Source of the DNA: an uncultured Christensenella sp.
Lineage (GTDB): Bacteria > Bacillota > Clostridia > Christensenellales > UBA1242
Reading direction: 5' to 3'
Assembly: GCA_949296965.1 (NCBI GenBank)
Contig: CASFQL010000012.1
Coordinates: 36,259-100,258, forward strand
DNA length: 64,000 nucleotides
Made by a program: the position numbers and the translations under genes
In this document: positions 30,801 through 45,800 of the stretch, one piece after another
How positions within the stretch are numbered: position 1 is the first letter of the stretch
Layout: each line of letters starts with the position of its first letter
The notes under the pieces: generated by a model
Told to the model about the DNA's origin: nothing
Seen by the model: the letters and a program-made list of their open reading frames with translations, nothing else
Database searches by the model: none

Positions 30801-33800
30801 TATGTCCTTGATGGAACAAAAGACTTTAAATACTATAAAGACAATGGACTTGCCATTCCTACTGATATTACTGTTTATTCGATTTGGGAAATTCCAAATG
30901 TTAGCATAAAACTTTATTTAGGTAGTGAACCAATTTCGTCTTATAGATATTTTGGCGATGATAGTAATGGAATTAAAAGAGATAGCAATAATCAAGTTTA
31001 CCTTGAAAGTATTTCATCTTTAAAGAGCACTCATAAATTGCCAAGTTTAACTAATTTTTATTTGAAAGATATGGTCGCCGTAGCATATTCAAAGTCTAGT
31101 GATTTGTCAAATCCTTTTATTAGTGAAGAAATTACAATTGATACAAAGGATATTATTAAACACGAAGATGGCTCTTATGAATTTAAGTTGTATATCAAGT
31201 GGGACAATGCGGATAGTTATATTTTAGGCTACTATAATGGACTTAATAAATACTTTGCTAGTTTTGATAGTTGTTTATCTTTTGTAAACAATATCTTTGA
31301 AAATGAACCAACAAATATTTATGACAATGCTATATATGATAAAAAGATAGTAGAATTGTTTATCCTTGACTTATATGATACTTTTACTATTACAAAAACT
31401 ACAACAGTAAAGGAAGAATTTACTTTAACTATTAACTTAGATGAAAATGTAAAGAATAATAAGAGTTTAGTTAGAGCAGACGACTTTACAGATTATTTGT
31501 TTGTTGTTAATGAGGGGGCAAAACTTGTTGTAAATTCTAAAACAGGTTTTGAAATTTCTTTTGATGGAAAAGAAATTTTAAGTAATGGAATGTTTAAGGT
31601 TGTTTCTGGCGAACTTGAATTTAATTCAGGGGTTGTAGTTAACAATAGTTATAATTCTGGGCTTGAAGTTAGGGAAGGTTTTGGTGCTGTTGGTGGAGTA
31701 ATTCAAGTTGATAATGGAAAGATATCATTAACTAATGTTAAGTTTAGTAACAATGGAGTAAAATCTTCCGTTGATGCTTATGGTGGGGTAATATTTGCAT
31801 TTAACTCTCTTGTTAATATAAGCGGTTGTGAGTTCCAAGATAACTTTGTTCAATCTTCATTAAATGCTTATGGTGGGGTAATTGCACTTGTTGATTGTAA
31901 GAGTGATAACTTTGATGATACATCACTTAGAAACAATATCAATAATAGTATTTTTAATAATAATTTTGCTACAACTACTAGTTCAAGTCAAAACAATTAT
32001 GCCTTTGGTGGTGGTATTTATAATTACAATTCAGACTTTGCTTTTGAAAGCGACTTTATATATGCGGTTTCTTCAAATAAGGCAGACACTTCTGGTGGTT
32101 TCTTATATTCAACCACTCAAACGGGGGCAACTAATTTAATTAATTTTAAAAAGACTTCATTTACTTCTAACTATGCTCTAAATGGGGGTGCTTTATTTAT
32201 TGAAAACTCCCTTGTAAAACTTGATAATATAGAGTTTAGTCAAAATGGATTTATTTTGCTTAGCGAAACTGAAGTAATTTATGCAGAGTGTGGCGGGGCT
32301 ATTTATGGTGGAGAAAATGCTCAAATTGAAATGCTTAACACTGATGAAAATGTTTCAGATAGTGGAGATGGAGATAATAGTTTAGTTACAACAACTATTG
32401 GTAAATTTATGAGTAATTTTGCTAGAAATGGTGGGGCTATTTACTCACTTGGTAATGACCTTGATATATCTTCATTAATGTTTTATAACAATGGACTTCC
32501 TATGACTTCAAATGATGGAAAAGGTGGAGCATTATACCTAGGAAGTGTTGGTGAAAATGTAAATAATGTTTCAATTGCGTTCTCACAATTTAAGTTTAAT
32601 ATTTCTAAGTATGGTGGTGCAATTTATGTTGATGGTAATGTTATTTTAAATATTGATGCACCACAGGCTACTAAGGACCAAATTCAAGCAGTTTTGGATA
32701 AGGGAAGTGAAGTTACAGAAGAAACTTTAAGATATGTTAGCAATACTTTCTCTACTAACTATGCTGAATATGGTGGAGCAATTTACTATAACTCAATACT
32801 TAGTTCAACTATTGACTATTCAATTTTTGAATATAATATGTTGAACGCAGGTTATGATGCAAAACCTAGTTTAAAAGGTGGTGCAATTTATAGTGCAAAT
32901 GGTGAGTTAACTCTTAAAGATTTTGTTTGGATTTATGAAAATTATGCTGTTGAAGGCGGTGGTGTTTATGTTGGGGCAGACCAAGGACAAACATCAGGGG
33001 AAGAAGAAAATTCTGTTGCAAAACTTATAGTTATAGGAACAAAATTTTATTATGAAAACAAAATAGTTGGAGATTATAACAATATAAATGCATATCATGA
33101 GGCAGTAGAAAAACTCGAGGAATTAAAAACTTCAGGGGCTTCGCAAGAAGAAATCGACGAAGTTCAGGCTGTCGTTGATCAACTTAGAGAACAAATTAAA
33201 GGGGAAATTATTACAGAAACAAAAGGTAATAGAGCAACATATGGCGGTTCAGTTTATATAGGGCAGTTTGGTTATGCAGATTTGTCTAGCGGTGGTAATA
33301 GGGGAAATACTATGTATGACCTTGAAAGAGGTGATGCTGTATATAATTTAGGAACTTTAAAGATTGGAGATTTTGACATTTATCAAACTAATGTAAATGG
33401 TAATATAACAACTATTTACAACTGTGGAGATTTTGAAATTTATGGCTATGGTCAGATTAGACCAAGTCCAAGAATTTATCTTTCTAAAAATAGCGACAAT
33501 ACAGGGTATAATTACATTTTGATTTCAAATTTAAATTATAGTAATGTTTCTAGTATTGAACTTGTAATCTCTACTGATGATATTATACTTAATTCGCCAC
33601 TTGTTAAGTTTGCTTCACAAGAAGCATATGATGCCTTTGTTAATAATGCTGATAATGAAAATTTGTTTAGCGTTAATGATCCTACACTAATACTTGATGC
33701 TGATGTAGAACAACTTGCACTTGTTTTACATTATAGAAGTTATGAGATTAAGTTTGAAGATTTGAGCCAAGATAAAGATAAACTCAATTTACCTTTACCA

Positions 33801-36800
33801 ATAACTTTTGAATATGGGGAAACTGTAAGTGAAGAATTTATAACTTCTTTAAATAATTTAACTGTTTTAAGAGATGGTTACTCTTTTGTGGGTTGGGCTT
33901 ATTTCGTCCAAGACGATGTTGACGGTAATGTTTTATTAGACTCTAAAAATACGGGAGTAAAATATTCTGGGGTTGATTTTGTTGAAGTCTATGACTATTT
34001 AGATTCATCTATCAAAGGAAAGCATTTCTATTTACTTTCAAATTTAGTTGAACACACTAGCAGTTATAATAGTTTATTACCTGCTCACAATTTCTATTTA
34101 TATCCAATTTGGAAACCTGATGAGTATAAAATTAGTTATTCATATGCTTCAAATGAAGGACTTGAAAATTATGCCATAAATGGTATACAAGTAACAGATA
34201 GTTATCTTAATGCTTTAAGTAGTGTTGAATATTATAACAACTATTATACTATAAAATCTTTACAAGATTTGAATGCTTCTGTTTTTGCTAAATATGTAAC
34301 TATTTCAGTTGTTGAAGAACAAAATGGAATAATAAAAACAATTAAATATAATAACCTTAACTATCCTGTAACTTTTGATGAAAATTTTGGTTACTATTCT
34401 TTTTCTATTATGTCAGGTGAGTCTGAATTATTAGAAAAGTTTTATATTGAAAGCAATACAAGTGCATTTTCTATATTAAATGTTGATGAAAATGGATATA
34501 TTTATTCTACCCTTGACACTTCAAAACTTTATCCTATACAAGTTGTTATTGATGGACAAATTGTTGATGTTGTTAACTCAACTGTTTCTTATAATGGAGA
34601 AAATTATGTTCTAAGGTCTCTTTATAGACCAGACGGATATGAGTTTGATTATGTAGTGATTAATGGAGCAAAAAATTATTCGCTTGGAAGTCAATTTTTA
34701 ATTAGTAGAGATAACCCTTATTCTATTTGTGTAGGAAGTGATAAAAATCTTGTATTTAATGTCTTCTTTAAAAAGATTGCTCAACAAATTGAGTTTGTAA
34801 TTGACGAAAATAATTCGTTTACTATAAATAGATACAGCGGACAAGAAATTTCTTTGCCTAGTGGAAATGTTTGCAGTTATGATGATGTTAGTTATGAGAT
34901 TTATAAAGATGGTTATGAATTAAAAGGCTTTGTCGACCAAAATGGTAAAAATTATGCACTTGGAGAAACTTATCTTGTAAAAGAAAATTCGTCCAATAAG
35001 CATATTTTTACAGCAGTTTGGGAAAAGGCTATATGTTATATTGAAAATGGTGTTATGATTAATGGCGAATTTAAGCCAAAATATTACACAAGTTTAGAGC
35101 AGGCTTTTAGTGACATAAATAATGGGAATTTGACAACTAATTTAGATAACTATAGGATTGTTATTATAGGTAATAATTTTATTTATCAATCACAACAAAA
35201 TAGTTCTCTTTTAAATTTAGTTGGGGCATCTAGTTCAGTATATGAAATAAGTATGATTGTTAATCAAACATTTGTAATCACAAAGAATATTACGCTTGTT
35301 TTAGAGGGGAATAATGTTTCTTTAAGATTAGTATATGCTGATGATTTTGATAAATCTAAACCAATGTTTGAAGTTGTCGAAAATGAATTTACTTTGGGTG
35401 GAAATGGAGTATCAATTACATTAGACGGAACAAGGACTGATGGAACTAATAGTTTGGTTGTTGTTGAAGAAAATGGTAATTTTATCTCAAATGTCGGGGT
35501 AGAATTTACAAATTCTACAATTGATTCAAAATTTGGAATAAATGACAAAGGCGGTGCTTTAACTGTAAATGGTAAGGCAACTATTAATTCGTCAGTTTTT
35601 GCAAATAATAGATCAAATAACGGCGGTGCAATATATGTTGCATCAAATGGTAATTTAACTATTTTAGGTAATGATAGTAATGTAAACCTTTTTGTTAATA
35701 ACTCTGCAACAAACGGTGGGGCAATATATTTAAGTCAAAATTCAAGTTTATCAATTACGGGTAAAGATGCTTCAAATAATATAGTTTTAAGTCAAAATAC
35801 GGCAGATAATGGCGGGGCACTCTACCTTAATAGTTCTTTATCAAGTTTAAGGCTTGAAAACATTAATTTAGTTAACAATGTTGCTAATTTATATGGTGGT
35901 GCAATTTATAATAGCGGAGATATTAAGTTAGATTACGATTTAATTTTTACAGAAAATAGTGCTTCAATTAGTGGTGGTGCTATCTATACCGTTGGCAAAT
36001 TGGAAATTTCTAAATCTACATTTAATAATAATATTTCTCAACAAAGCGGTGGTGCTATTTATAGCGAAAACAACTTAAATGTTAATAATGTAAAATTTCT
36101 TCAAAATAAGGCAGGTGCTGGTAGTGGTGGTGCTATTTATGCTAAAAATACTTTATATGTTAACGGACAGACATCATTTAATGAAAATAGTGCTAACTAC
36201 GGTGGGGCTTTATATCTAAATAATGTTAGCGGTGAAATTTCTAATACTACTTTTAATAAGAACACTTCAATAAATGGTGGAGCAATTTATCTTAATTCTT
36301 CAAATATTACTTTGACTGAAAGTTGTCAATTAACAAACAACATCGTTTCTGTTTCTTCTTCTGGGGACGATAATGTAGCAGCATATGGTGGAGCAATTTA
36401 TGTTAATAATAGTCAAGTCCACATTTATTCAACTATTAGCGAAAATTATAGCGATACAGAAGGTGGCGCTTTATATGTTTTAAATGCTTCAAGGGTTGTT
36501 TTATATGAACAAAGTAAAATAACTAACAATACCTCTTATGGTGTTGGTGGCGGTATTTCTATTAATGGAAGTTCAACTTTAACTTTCAATTCTAATCTTG
36601 TTGAGATATCAAACAATAGTGCTTCAAAGTATGGTGGAGGTATTTATTATAATTCTAGTGCTATTAGTGTTTTAGATGGTGGAAACATTTACGGAAATGA
36701 TATTGAATTTGATAAGGACGGACTTAAAAAAGGTAAAGAAATTTATTTGACTACAAGCACAACTTTAACTCTTAATAACACAATAATTTGTGAAAAGAGT

Positions 36801-39800
36801 AATATTCAAGGGCAAACAAATGTTTATGATATTTATATTGGAGAGAATGCTTTACTTAATATGAATTCATCTGTTGTTTATGGCAGTATTTATGTAAAAG
36901 ATATTGAGTTTAATAGAGAACCAATTAATGGAATTAATTTTAATTCTTCAAGTTTTGCAAGAGATATTCACTTAAATCAATACAGATATATAAGTATTGA
37001 TGGTTACCTAAATTCTATTTTACTAGAAGATAATAAAATTAATATTCATTTTAGTTACAACAAACCTGGACTTACAACTAATACTCCAAACAATACAAAA
37101 ATTATTAGATTTTTAAGCGAAGATAGTTTAAATAAGAACATTATTTACTTTAACTTAGTTAGAGATGAAGAACTTAGAGATTATACTCTAACTTATGAAA
37201 ACGATGGCTACTATTCTTGGGCTGTTATTAAAGAAATTGCAAAAGAAATAAGAATTAATCCAAATGGTGGGAAAATTATCTTTAATGATAGTTATACTTC
37301 TGAGATTTACGAAGTAAGTGGCAATGAAATTTTAACTATCTATGACTTGCCAGGCAGGGGTAGTTTAGAGTTTTTAGATGAAATTCAAGGTTATAGGGCA
37401 GGTTATCAAAAACTTGATTACTATATTGATATGGATAACAACAAAGTGTATACTTCAAGTAGCATTTTGCCTATTATCTTAATTACTCTAAATGTTCAGT
37501 GGAGCGAAAAAGAATATAGTGTTAATTTGTTAACAACTCAGGCTAATGGTAGTGAAAAACAAGAAAAGTTAACTATAAAATATGGACAAGATATTAAATT
37601 AAGAGAGCCAAGTTTAGATTACCATAGTTTTGTAGGTTGGGAACTTGCTTATTATAAAAATTCTAATTTAGTAAAAACAGGCATAATTTTTGAAAAAGGC
37701 TCAAACTTTAATCTTGCTAATATTAATAGAGAAGATTTAGTTTCAAGTATTACAGGTCAAACGGGAAGTCAAATATTTGAAAGTGTTGATTTGTCAACTT
37801 CTACATTCTACCTTTACAGTGTTTTTGAAGAAGTTCAAGTTGAAATTATTGTCAAAACAAGTCAGGGTATGGTCGTTGAAACTCAAAATTCTAAATACGA
37901 GAGAGAAAAGATTAACGATTTTACTTATAAATATTTAGTTAGTCAATCTAATATGTATGTAAATTACAACGATTTTGTCGACGATTTTGCTTACCAAGAC
38001 CATGTAGTAGATGGACTATTTACAGGAACAAATGGCATTTATGAAAAAAATATTGATGTTATGTATGATAGAAATAATTCATCTATTTCAATTTCAAATA
38101 TTTCATCTCTTACATTAAATTGTTATTGGATTAAGGTAGAAGCCTATATTAGAAAACCAAATGTTGAAGATAGTTCAAAAAATAGAGTTAATTATGAAAG
38201 TTTGCTTGTTGCTGTCAATAATTTAGTAAGTGGAGATGAACTTGTCATAGTTGCTTCATCTATTGATATTCAAAGCACTCTTATATTTAATGAAGATGTA
38301 ACTGTCTTTGCAAGGGGAAATGTAACACTAAATAGAGCAAAGAATTTTGCTGGTCAATTAATTTTGATTAAGGCAGATGTTGAGTTTAAGGGTGAAACAG
38401 AAGAAAGTTCTTTAACTATTAATGGTAATGGCAATGAATTGCTTGAAGATGGAAGCACAAATCCAAAATATACTGCTTTTTCAAATTACGGAGCATTTTA
38501 TGTAGAGTTTGGCTCATCACTTTTACTTGGTGAAAATATTACAATTAAAAATAATGTTTCAAAGTATTATGGGGCTGGTATTTATGGAGAAGGCGAAGTT
38601 ACTTTAAATGGAGTTACAATTAGTAACAATTTAAGTTATGAAAATGGTGGAGGAATTTACTCAAAAGGCAACTTAACCTTAGAAAATGGAAATATTACTA
38701 ACAACTCGTCAAATAAAAATGGCGGTGGAGTCTATGTTGCTTCAAATAAATTATCAATAAATAATTCATTTATAAACAACAACACTGCTAAAAATGGTGC
38801 TGGATTGTATTTTGAAAGTTTAGTGAGTGCTGAAATTAGTGGTGGGGAAATAAATAATAATGCTTCGTCATTGTTAACAAACTCTTATGGTGGCGGTGTT
38901 TATTTAGCACTTAATTGCGGGGTTGTTACATTTAAACAAAATATTGTATTAAAGGGTAATTCTGCTTGCTATGGCGGTGGTATTTATGTTGCTGGAAATA
39001 ATAATGGATATAATGAATATACAGTTATTTTAGATGGTGTTAATATCTTAGAAAATTCTGCAACTTATGGTGGCGGTATTCAAATTGGTAATGAAACAGA
39101 AAATTATTCGTTACAAAAGGTTAAACTTAGCCAAGGTTCAATTCAGAACAACTTGTCAACTTATGGTGGTGGTGTAGGTATATTTAGAGGACAATTTGAT
39201 TTGATTTCAGGCACAATTTCTCAAAATAATGCTAAATTTGGTTCTAATATCTTTGTTAGTGCAGTTGATAGTAAGAGTTATGGTTATGTTAAAATTTCTG
39301 GTGGAATTGTTGGAGATGAAAATAATTTAGGAAGTATTTTAGTCGAAGCAAAAACTTCTACGATTTTGGGTGTTTTGGAGGTATGCTCAACTTATAAAAT
39401 TTATTCTACCGTTTTATTACTTAATAATGCTTATATTAGTGTAAAATCAAATATAAGTGACGATAGTTCTAATATTGTAATTAGACCTATTAGCATAGTT
39501 TCTAATGAAATTGTTGACAATTATCCTTCTTTTGATAGTCAAATTGTTGCAGTTAAATTTGACAATGTTAACCTTGTTAAAACTACTAAATTTGATTTGT
39601 TGGAAGAAGCAAAATCAAAGCAAGAAAATAGTTATAGATTAAAGCAAGTTGATGAAAATATTGTTATTTGTAGGGCAGTATTTACTTTAACTTTTGACCC
39701 TCAAAATGGAAGCATTTCAACTAGTGGGGAATATGACTTTATAAAAGATAATCAAAAAATTTCTATTGATATGGCTTACACTTCTAATTTATTTGGTTTG

Positions 39801-42800
39801 TTAGGCAGTATTTCAGTTAGTTATGAAAACAAAGATTTCCTTTATTGGTATTACCTAAATGAAGAAATGGAAATTGTTGTAGATGAAGTTACAACAATGC
39901 CTTATAGTGATTTGACTTTATTTGCTAAGTGGAGTGTTGATTATTACACCTTATCTATTGATTTAAATGATTCAAGAACAAATAGTGGAAATAAAGCAGT
40001 TGTTGACATTGAGGCAGCAAGTGAAATTGAAGATTTTGTTTATGATGAACAAAGTAGAATTATTAATTTAAAAGTCTTTATTGATGATGAGTCTTCAAAT
40101 TATGGGGAGAGTGCTTTAAAAAGTATTTATCCTTTAATAACTAGATATGGATATGAAATTATAAGTTTTAGCACTTCGCAAATATTAGGTCAGGGTTCTT
40201 CATACAACGCAAATGGAAGTGGCTTTAAAATGCCAAGCGAGAATATTACATTATATTTAATTTGGAATGCAATGCAATATTCAATTATTTATTCTTCAAA
40301 TAGACCAAATGAAACTTCTGCAGAAGAAAAAATCATAAGTGATTATAAGTTTGATGAATTTATCAATTTAGCAACAGCAGAGTTGTTTAGTTGCGTGGGA
40401 TATAATTTGGTTGGTTGGAGTTACACAAAGGGCAATCAAAATGCAGACTTTTCTGTTGGGGAAAAGGCACTTAATATCCTTAGAGAAGATAATCAGTCAG
40501 TTAGATTGTATGGCGTTTGGGAACCTATTCAGTATAAAGTTATTTATGATAGTAATGCACAAGGTAGAGTAGTTTCTGGTCAGGTGGAAGACCAAATATT
40601 TGTTTATGATGAAGAAAACTTCTTAACTTCAAATAGATTTACTTCTCTTGGATATACTCAAATAGGTTGGAGTTTAAGTAAAGTTGTAAATGATGGTGAT
40701 GAGTTCTATGAATTTGAGGACGGACTAATTGCAGTCAATTTGACAAGTGAAAGTGAAGTTACTCTCTATGCAGTTTGGAGCAATAACTCTTATAAAGTAA
40801 ACCTTTATAACAGACAAGGGAGTATGATTGTTAGCACAATTACTGCTTTCTATGATGAAGATAATCTTAATTTGCCACTTGCTAGTCAGTTATTTGGAAG
40901 TGTAGAAAATAATCTCTATTTTGCTGGTTGGAGTTTGACTTTGCCTAGTGAAAACCAAGAAGTAAAATATTTAGATGGTGCGGTTATAGACAATTTTGTT
41001 TATGAAGGAGAGATTAACTTATATCCTGTTTACTGTGAAAGAAGTGTAATAATTAATTCAAATAATGAACAAAATATTACTTTACCTTTAAATATTGATA
41101 GCCAGGGTAATGTTACTATTTCCAAAACTCAAATTGAAAGTCTTATGACCTATTCAGGTTTTGAGATTGGGTATTTGGGGCTTAGCAATGTTCATAGTGA
41201 GAATGAGAAAAAATATGAATTTGGTAATAATGAAGAAATTATTTTAAATGTTATTACTGAAAACTTTACATCAACTGAGTTATTTATTATTTGGCAGGCA
41301 AAGCAATATCAAATTAACTTTATTGTTAATGGTAAAGAATATGCCGAATTTGCTAGTCAAGTAAAAAGCACAAAAGTTTCTCAGGGTAATGCTTATTCTA
41401 CTTACCAAGACAATAATACAGTTACATTGTATTCAAATATTGTCAGCGGAATTGAACTTATAGGTTGGAGTTTTGATACAAATCAAAATATTGTAAATTA
41501 TTTGCCTAATACAAGTTTTGAACTTACAAATCAAACTCTATCAACTATTGCCACATATGGACAAATTGTTGACAATGTAATAACTGTTTATGGAGTAACT
41601 CAAAAAGAATATTCAATTACATATAATCTTAATACAGATATTCAAAATATAATTATAGGTTCAACAACTTCAATTACTAGCAAAAATTCAATAAAAACAG
41701 GAACATTACTAAATAGCAATCCTGTTCAAATTAAGTTTAGCGATTACTATGGTAATGTTTGGGAGATAGCATCTAGCAACATACAAGATAGTTCATCTAA
41801 GTTTGCTTACTTCTTAGGCTGGTCATTAAGTCCAACAGCAACTAGTGCAGAATACTATGATGGTATGGATTTATCAAAAGTTATGTTTGTAGGAGATGTT
41901 ACTCTTTATGCAGTTTGGGGAGAATATACTAATACTTTTTACTTCGATTATGAAGAGACTACAAATGGCGTAATTTTAACATCTTTAAATCAGTTGGGAA
42001 TAACTAATTTAGAAGACAATTCTGAAATTATTTTACCAAGACACACTTTAGTATATAATGATGGCGATTTAAGTTATGGTAAAGAAATTGTTTCTATTAA
42101 GTCTTTAAATAAAGTAGATACAAGTGTTTCATCAATTAATTTGAAGTTTATGTCAAGTTTACAGTCAATACCTTCTCAGGCTTTTGCTGGTTATAAAAAT
42201 TTGAAAGAAGTTGTAAATATTCCACAATCTTGCGACATATCAGGTGGAGCATTTATAAGCACAAGTTTACAGCGTGTTACTTTCATAACTAGTGAGGAAC
42301 CTGTATATGTTACAGATTTATCATACAATGTTTACAAGGTAGACAACAATTCGGCTCAACTAATTTCATTCTTATATGTAAATGCTTTGTCTGAAATGGA
42401 ATTAGAACTAAATTCTTCTATTCAAACTGAAAAGAGGACATATTTATTATCGTCAATTCTTTCAAATGCCTTCTATGGCTTAGAAGTTACAAATTTAATA
42501 ATACCTGAAAGCGTTGAAACTATGAACGAAGGTAGTTTAAACGGACTAAATAATTTAGTATCTCTAACACTTAACTTTATAGGCTATGACAATCAAGTAA
42601 CTAACGATAATAATCAAACCTTTATATTTATGTTTGGTGGACTAGAAAATATTTCATCAAAACTTACAACTATTGTTGTTAGAGATGAAAGCGAGATAGT
42701 AAATAGTTCTTTTGCTGGAATTACAAGTCTTGTTAGTTTGACATATCTAAATGGAATAACAAGTATTGGTAGTGATGCTTTTAATGGGTGTATTAACTTA

Positions 42801-45800
42801 AATATTTTAGCAGGGACTAACTCAAATGAATTTGATTTATCACAAGTTGAATTTATTGGGGCAAGGGCTTTCTATGGGTGTGAAAATTTACCTACAAGTC
42901 TAAGATTTACAAATACAAACGAAATTGGCGACCAAGCATTTAGTTATACTAATATTACAACTGTTTATTTGTCTAGGAATGTAAAGAACTTGGGTGTTTC
43001 TTCAAGTGGTGAAAAAAATACTGCTTTTAAAAATGCAACAAGTTTAGTCAGTGCAACAGTATTTTCTACTTATTGCTTTGATGCGGTTATAAATAACACG
43101 GGCATCGTTCCAAATAGTTTAGATTGTGTTATTTATATTGATATTACTTTCTCGGTTGTATTAGAAAATATTAAAGATATTAAACTTAAAGAAAAATATT
43201 ACTCTTATAATGTTGTTATTTATGATAGCATCGAAGTTTTTGATGAAGATTACAACAGTATTGGAACATATGGAAGTTTAAAACAAGCAATTTCAGATGC
43301 ACAAAGTGGTAATATAGTTGTTATTAAAACAGATTTAACAATTTATGAACAAATATTAATAAATAAAGATATTACAATTCTCTCGGCTTTTAATTTAGTT
43401 GAAGAAGATAACGAGGCATATCAATACCTTGATGGAATAACAAGCATTAATATAAATATTTCAGATAGTTTAGTTGATACAAATGCTTTTGTCATTAAGG
43501 ATAGTAATGTAAACTTTGCCACTAAATTTGTAAGTCAAACTGACGAGCAATATAAAAATTTAACTATTAACATAATAGGAACAGATTTAAGAAGCCAAAG
43601 TCTTTTCTTAATTCAAGGTTCAAATGTTTCGTTTGGGGAAGGGTTATATATATCAAACTTCAACCAAACTGAAAATGCGGTCGTTAATGGTAGCGTTGCA
43701 AAAATTATTAATGGCTCTAATGTAATTTTTTCAAATGTAAATTTAACTAATAACAGTGCTACTAATGGTGGGGCATTGTATGTTGAAAGTTCAACTATTA
43801 ATTTTATAAGAAGTGAAATTTCTTATAATAATGCAGATAACGGCGGGGCAATCTATTTATCAAGTCAGTCTATTTTAAATATTGACGAAGATACAAAATT
43901 ATATAACAACAATGCTCTTATGGGTGGAGCAATTTATGTAAATACTCAAATCTTAGAAGAAAATTATTCTAATATTTTTGGCAGAGTTATTATTGAAAAC
44001 AATAATGCTCAGTTTGGGGGTGCCGTTTATATTGAAAACGGATATGTTATTGTTGATAATAGCGATATTGAGATAAAGTCAAATAGTGCTAATAGTGGTG
44101 GAGCATTCTTTGTTCAAGGTGGTATCTTACAAGTTTCAAATGGTATGATAGGTAGTGAAGACAGTCCAAATACGGCAAATGCTGGTGGTGGAGTTTATGT
44201 AGGTGGTCAGGGAGTTATCAAAGTTCTAGGTTCAGGTAGTATTTCATATAATAGAGCAACCCTTGGTGGCGGTATTTACTTTGCTTCTTTATATACTCAA
44301 ATAGCAAAGGCTTCGCAAATAAAAGGTAAGATTACAAATAATAATGATTTAAGTATTCTTCAAAACGGCAATGTTTTAGGTGGCGGTATTTATGCTCAAA
44401 GCGGAATTCTTAATATTGAAAGTGAAACATCTTTAATTTCACAAAACTATGCAAACTATGGCGGTGGTATTTACAATGAAGGGGCTTCTATTGAAATTAT
44501 AAGTGCTAAGAATGAAAATAATGACATTAATTCAGGGATAACTAAAAACTATGCAAATTATGGCGGTGGTATTTATAATTATCAAGGTTCAATAAATATA
44601 AAGGCAGGAAATATTGTAGAAAATAGTGCTATTTATGGTGGTGGTATTGCTCTTTATGATGGCGAAATACAGGTTTTGCAAAATGATAATGTCTCGTCAA
44701 ATATAATTAGAAATACAGCAAATTATGGTGGTGGTATTTATATTTATAACAATGGTAAGTTGCGTTTTAGTTCTTCTAATTTAAGTTTAAATAGTGCTAC
44801 AATAAGCCAAGATTTACAAGATAGTGGTAATGGTGGCGGTATTTACTTGTTAGATGGAAGTGTAGTTTTTGAAGGTGGAGAAATTTCATATAATACAGCA
44901 AATAATGGTGCTGGATTATTTGTAACTAAGGGAAGCAAAACTTTGTCTTTTGAAATGTATGAGAATACTTTGATTACTCAAAATAATGCAATCAATAATG
45001 GTGGTGGGCTTTATGTTAATTCCTTATTAACTTTAAGTAGTGGTCAAATTTTAAATAATACTGCAAATCTTGGTGGCGCAATTTATATTTCTAATAAATC
45101 TTTACTAACACTCGACAAAGTAAGTATATCAACAGGTAATTCATCACAAGATAATTACACACAAGGTGTTTACCTTGAAGAAAATTGTGCTGAAAATTCA
45201 TTTAGTATAACTAATCAAACTTCTATTAACAAACAAGATACATTTGTTTATCTTAATAAAGGTTGTGTAGTTTATGTGCTTGATAAGTTTGTTGGAGAAA
45301 ATCAAATTAAACTTTATCTTGTTGAATCTATTATTGATAATAAAGTAAAGGCTGCTGTTTTTGCGAAAGAAGAGTATGCAAGTATAGGTAAGTTCTATGC
45401 AATAGAAACTGCATTTACAAGAGAGAAAAATATTATCTACGCAGTTGAGTCATCTGTTGTTGACATTACTGATGAATTAAATCTTATCAATTATGCAACT
45501 TTGAAAGACGCTGTCGAACAGTCCCCAGATAACAAGCAAGTAATATTGCAATTAATTAAAGACCAAGAAATTACAAGCAAAATGATTGTTTCAGTGGGAA
45601 AAGAGAAAGACATAGTTATTGTTGTTAGGAAACAAGAATATATAACTAGGGGAATTGAAGAAAACGGCAATTTATTTACAGGTTTCTTGTTTGAAGTTTT
45701 TGGAAGATTAACTTTTAACTTAAATAATTATACAAATACATTAGTAGTTGATGGCAAAAATGTTGAAAATAGTGCTTCGTTAATTTACATAGCAAAAGAT

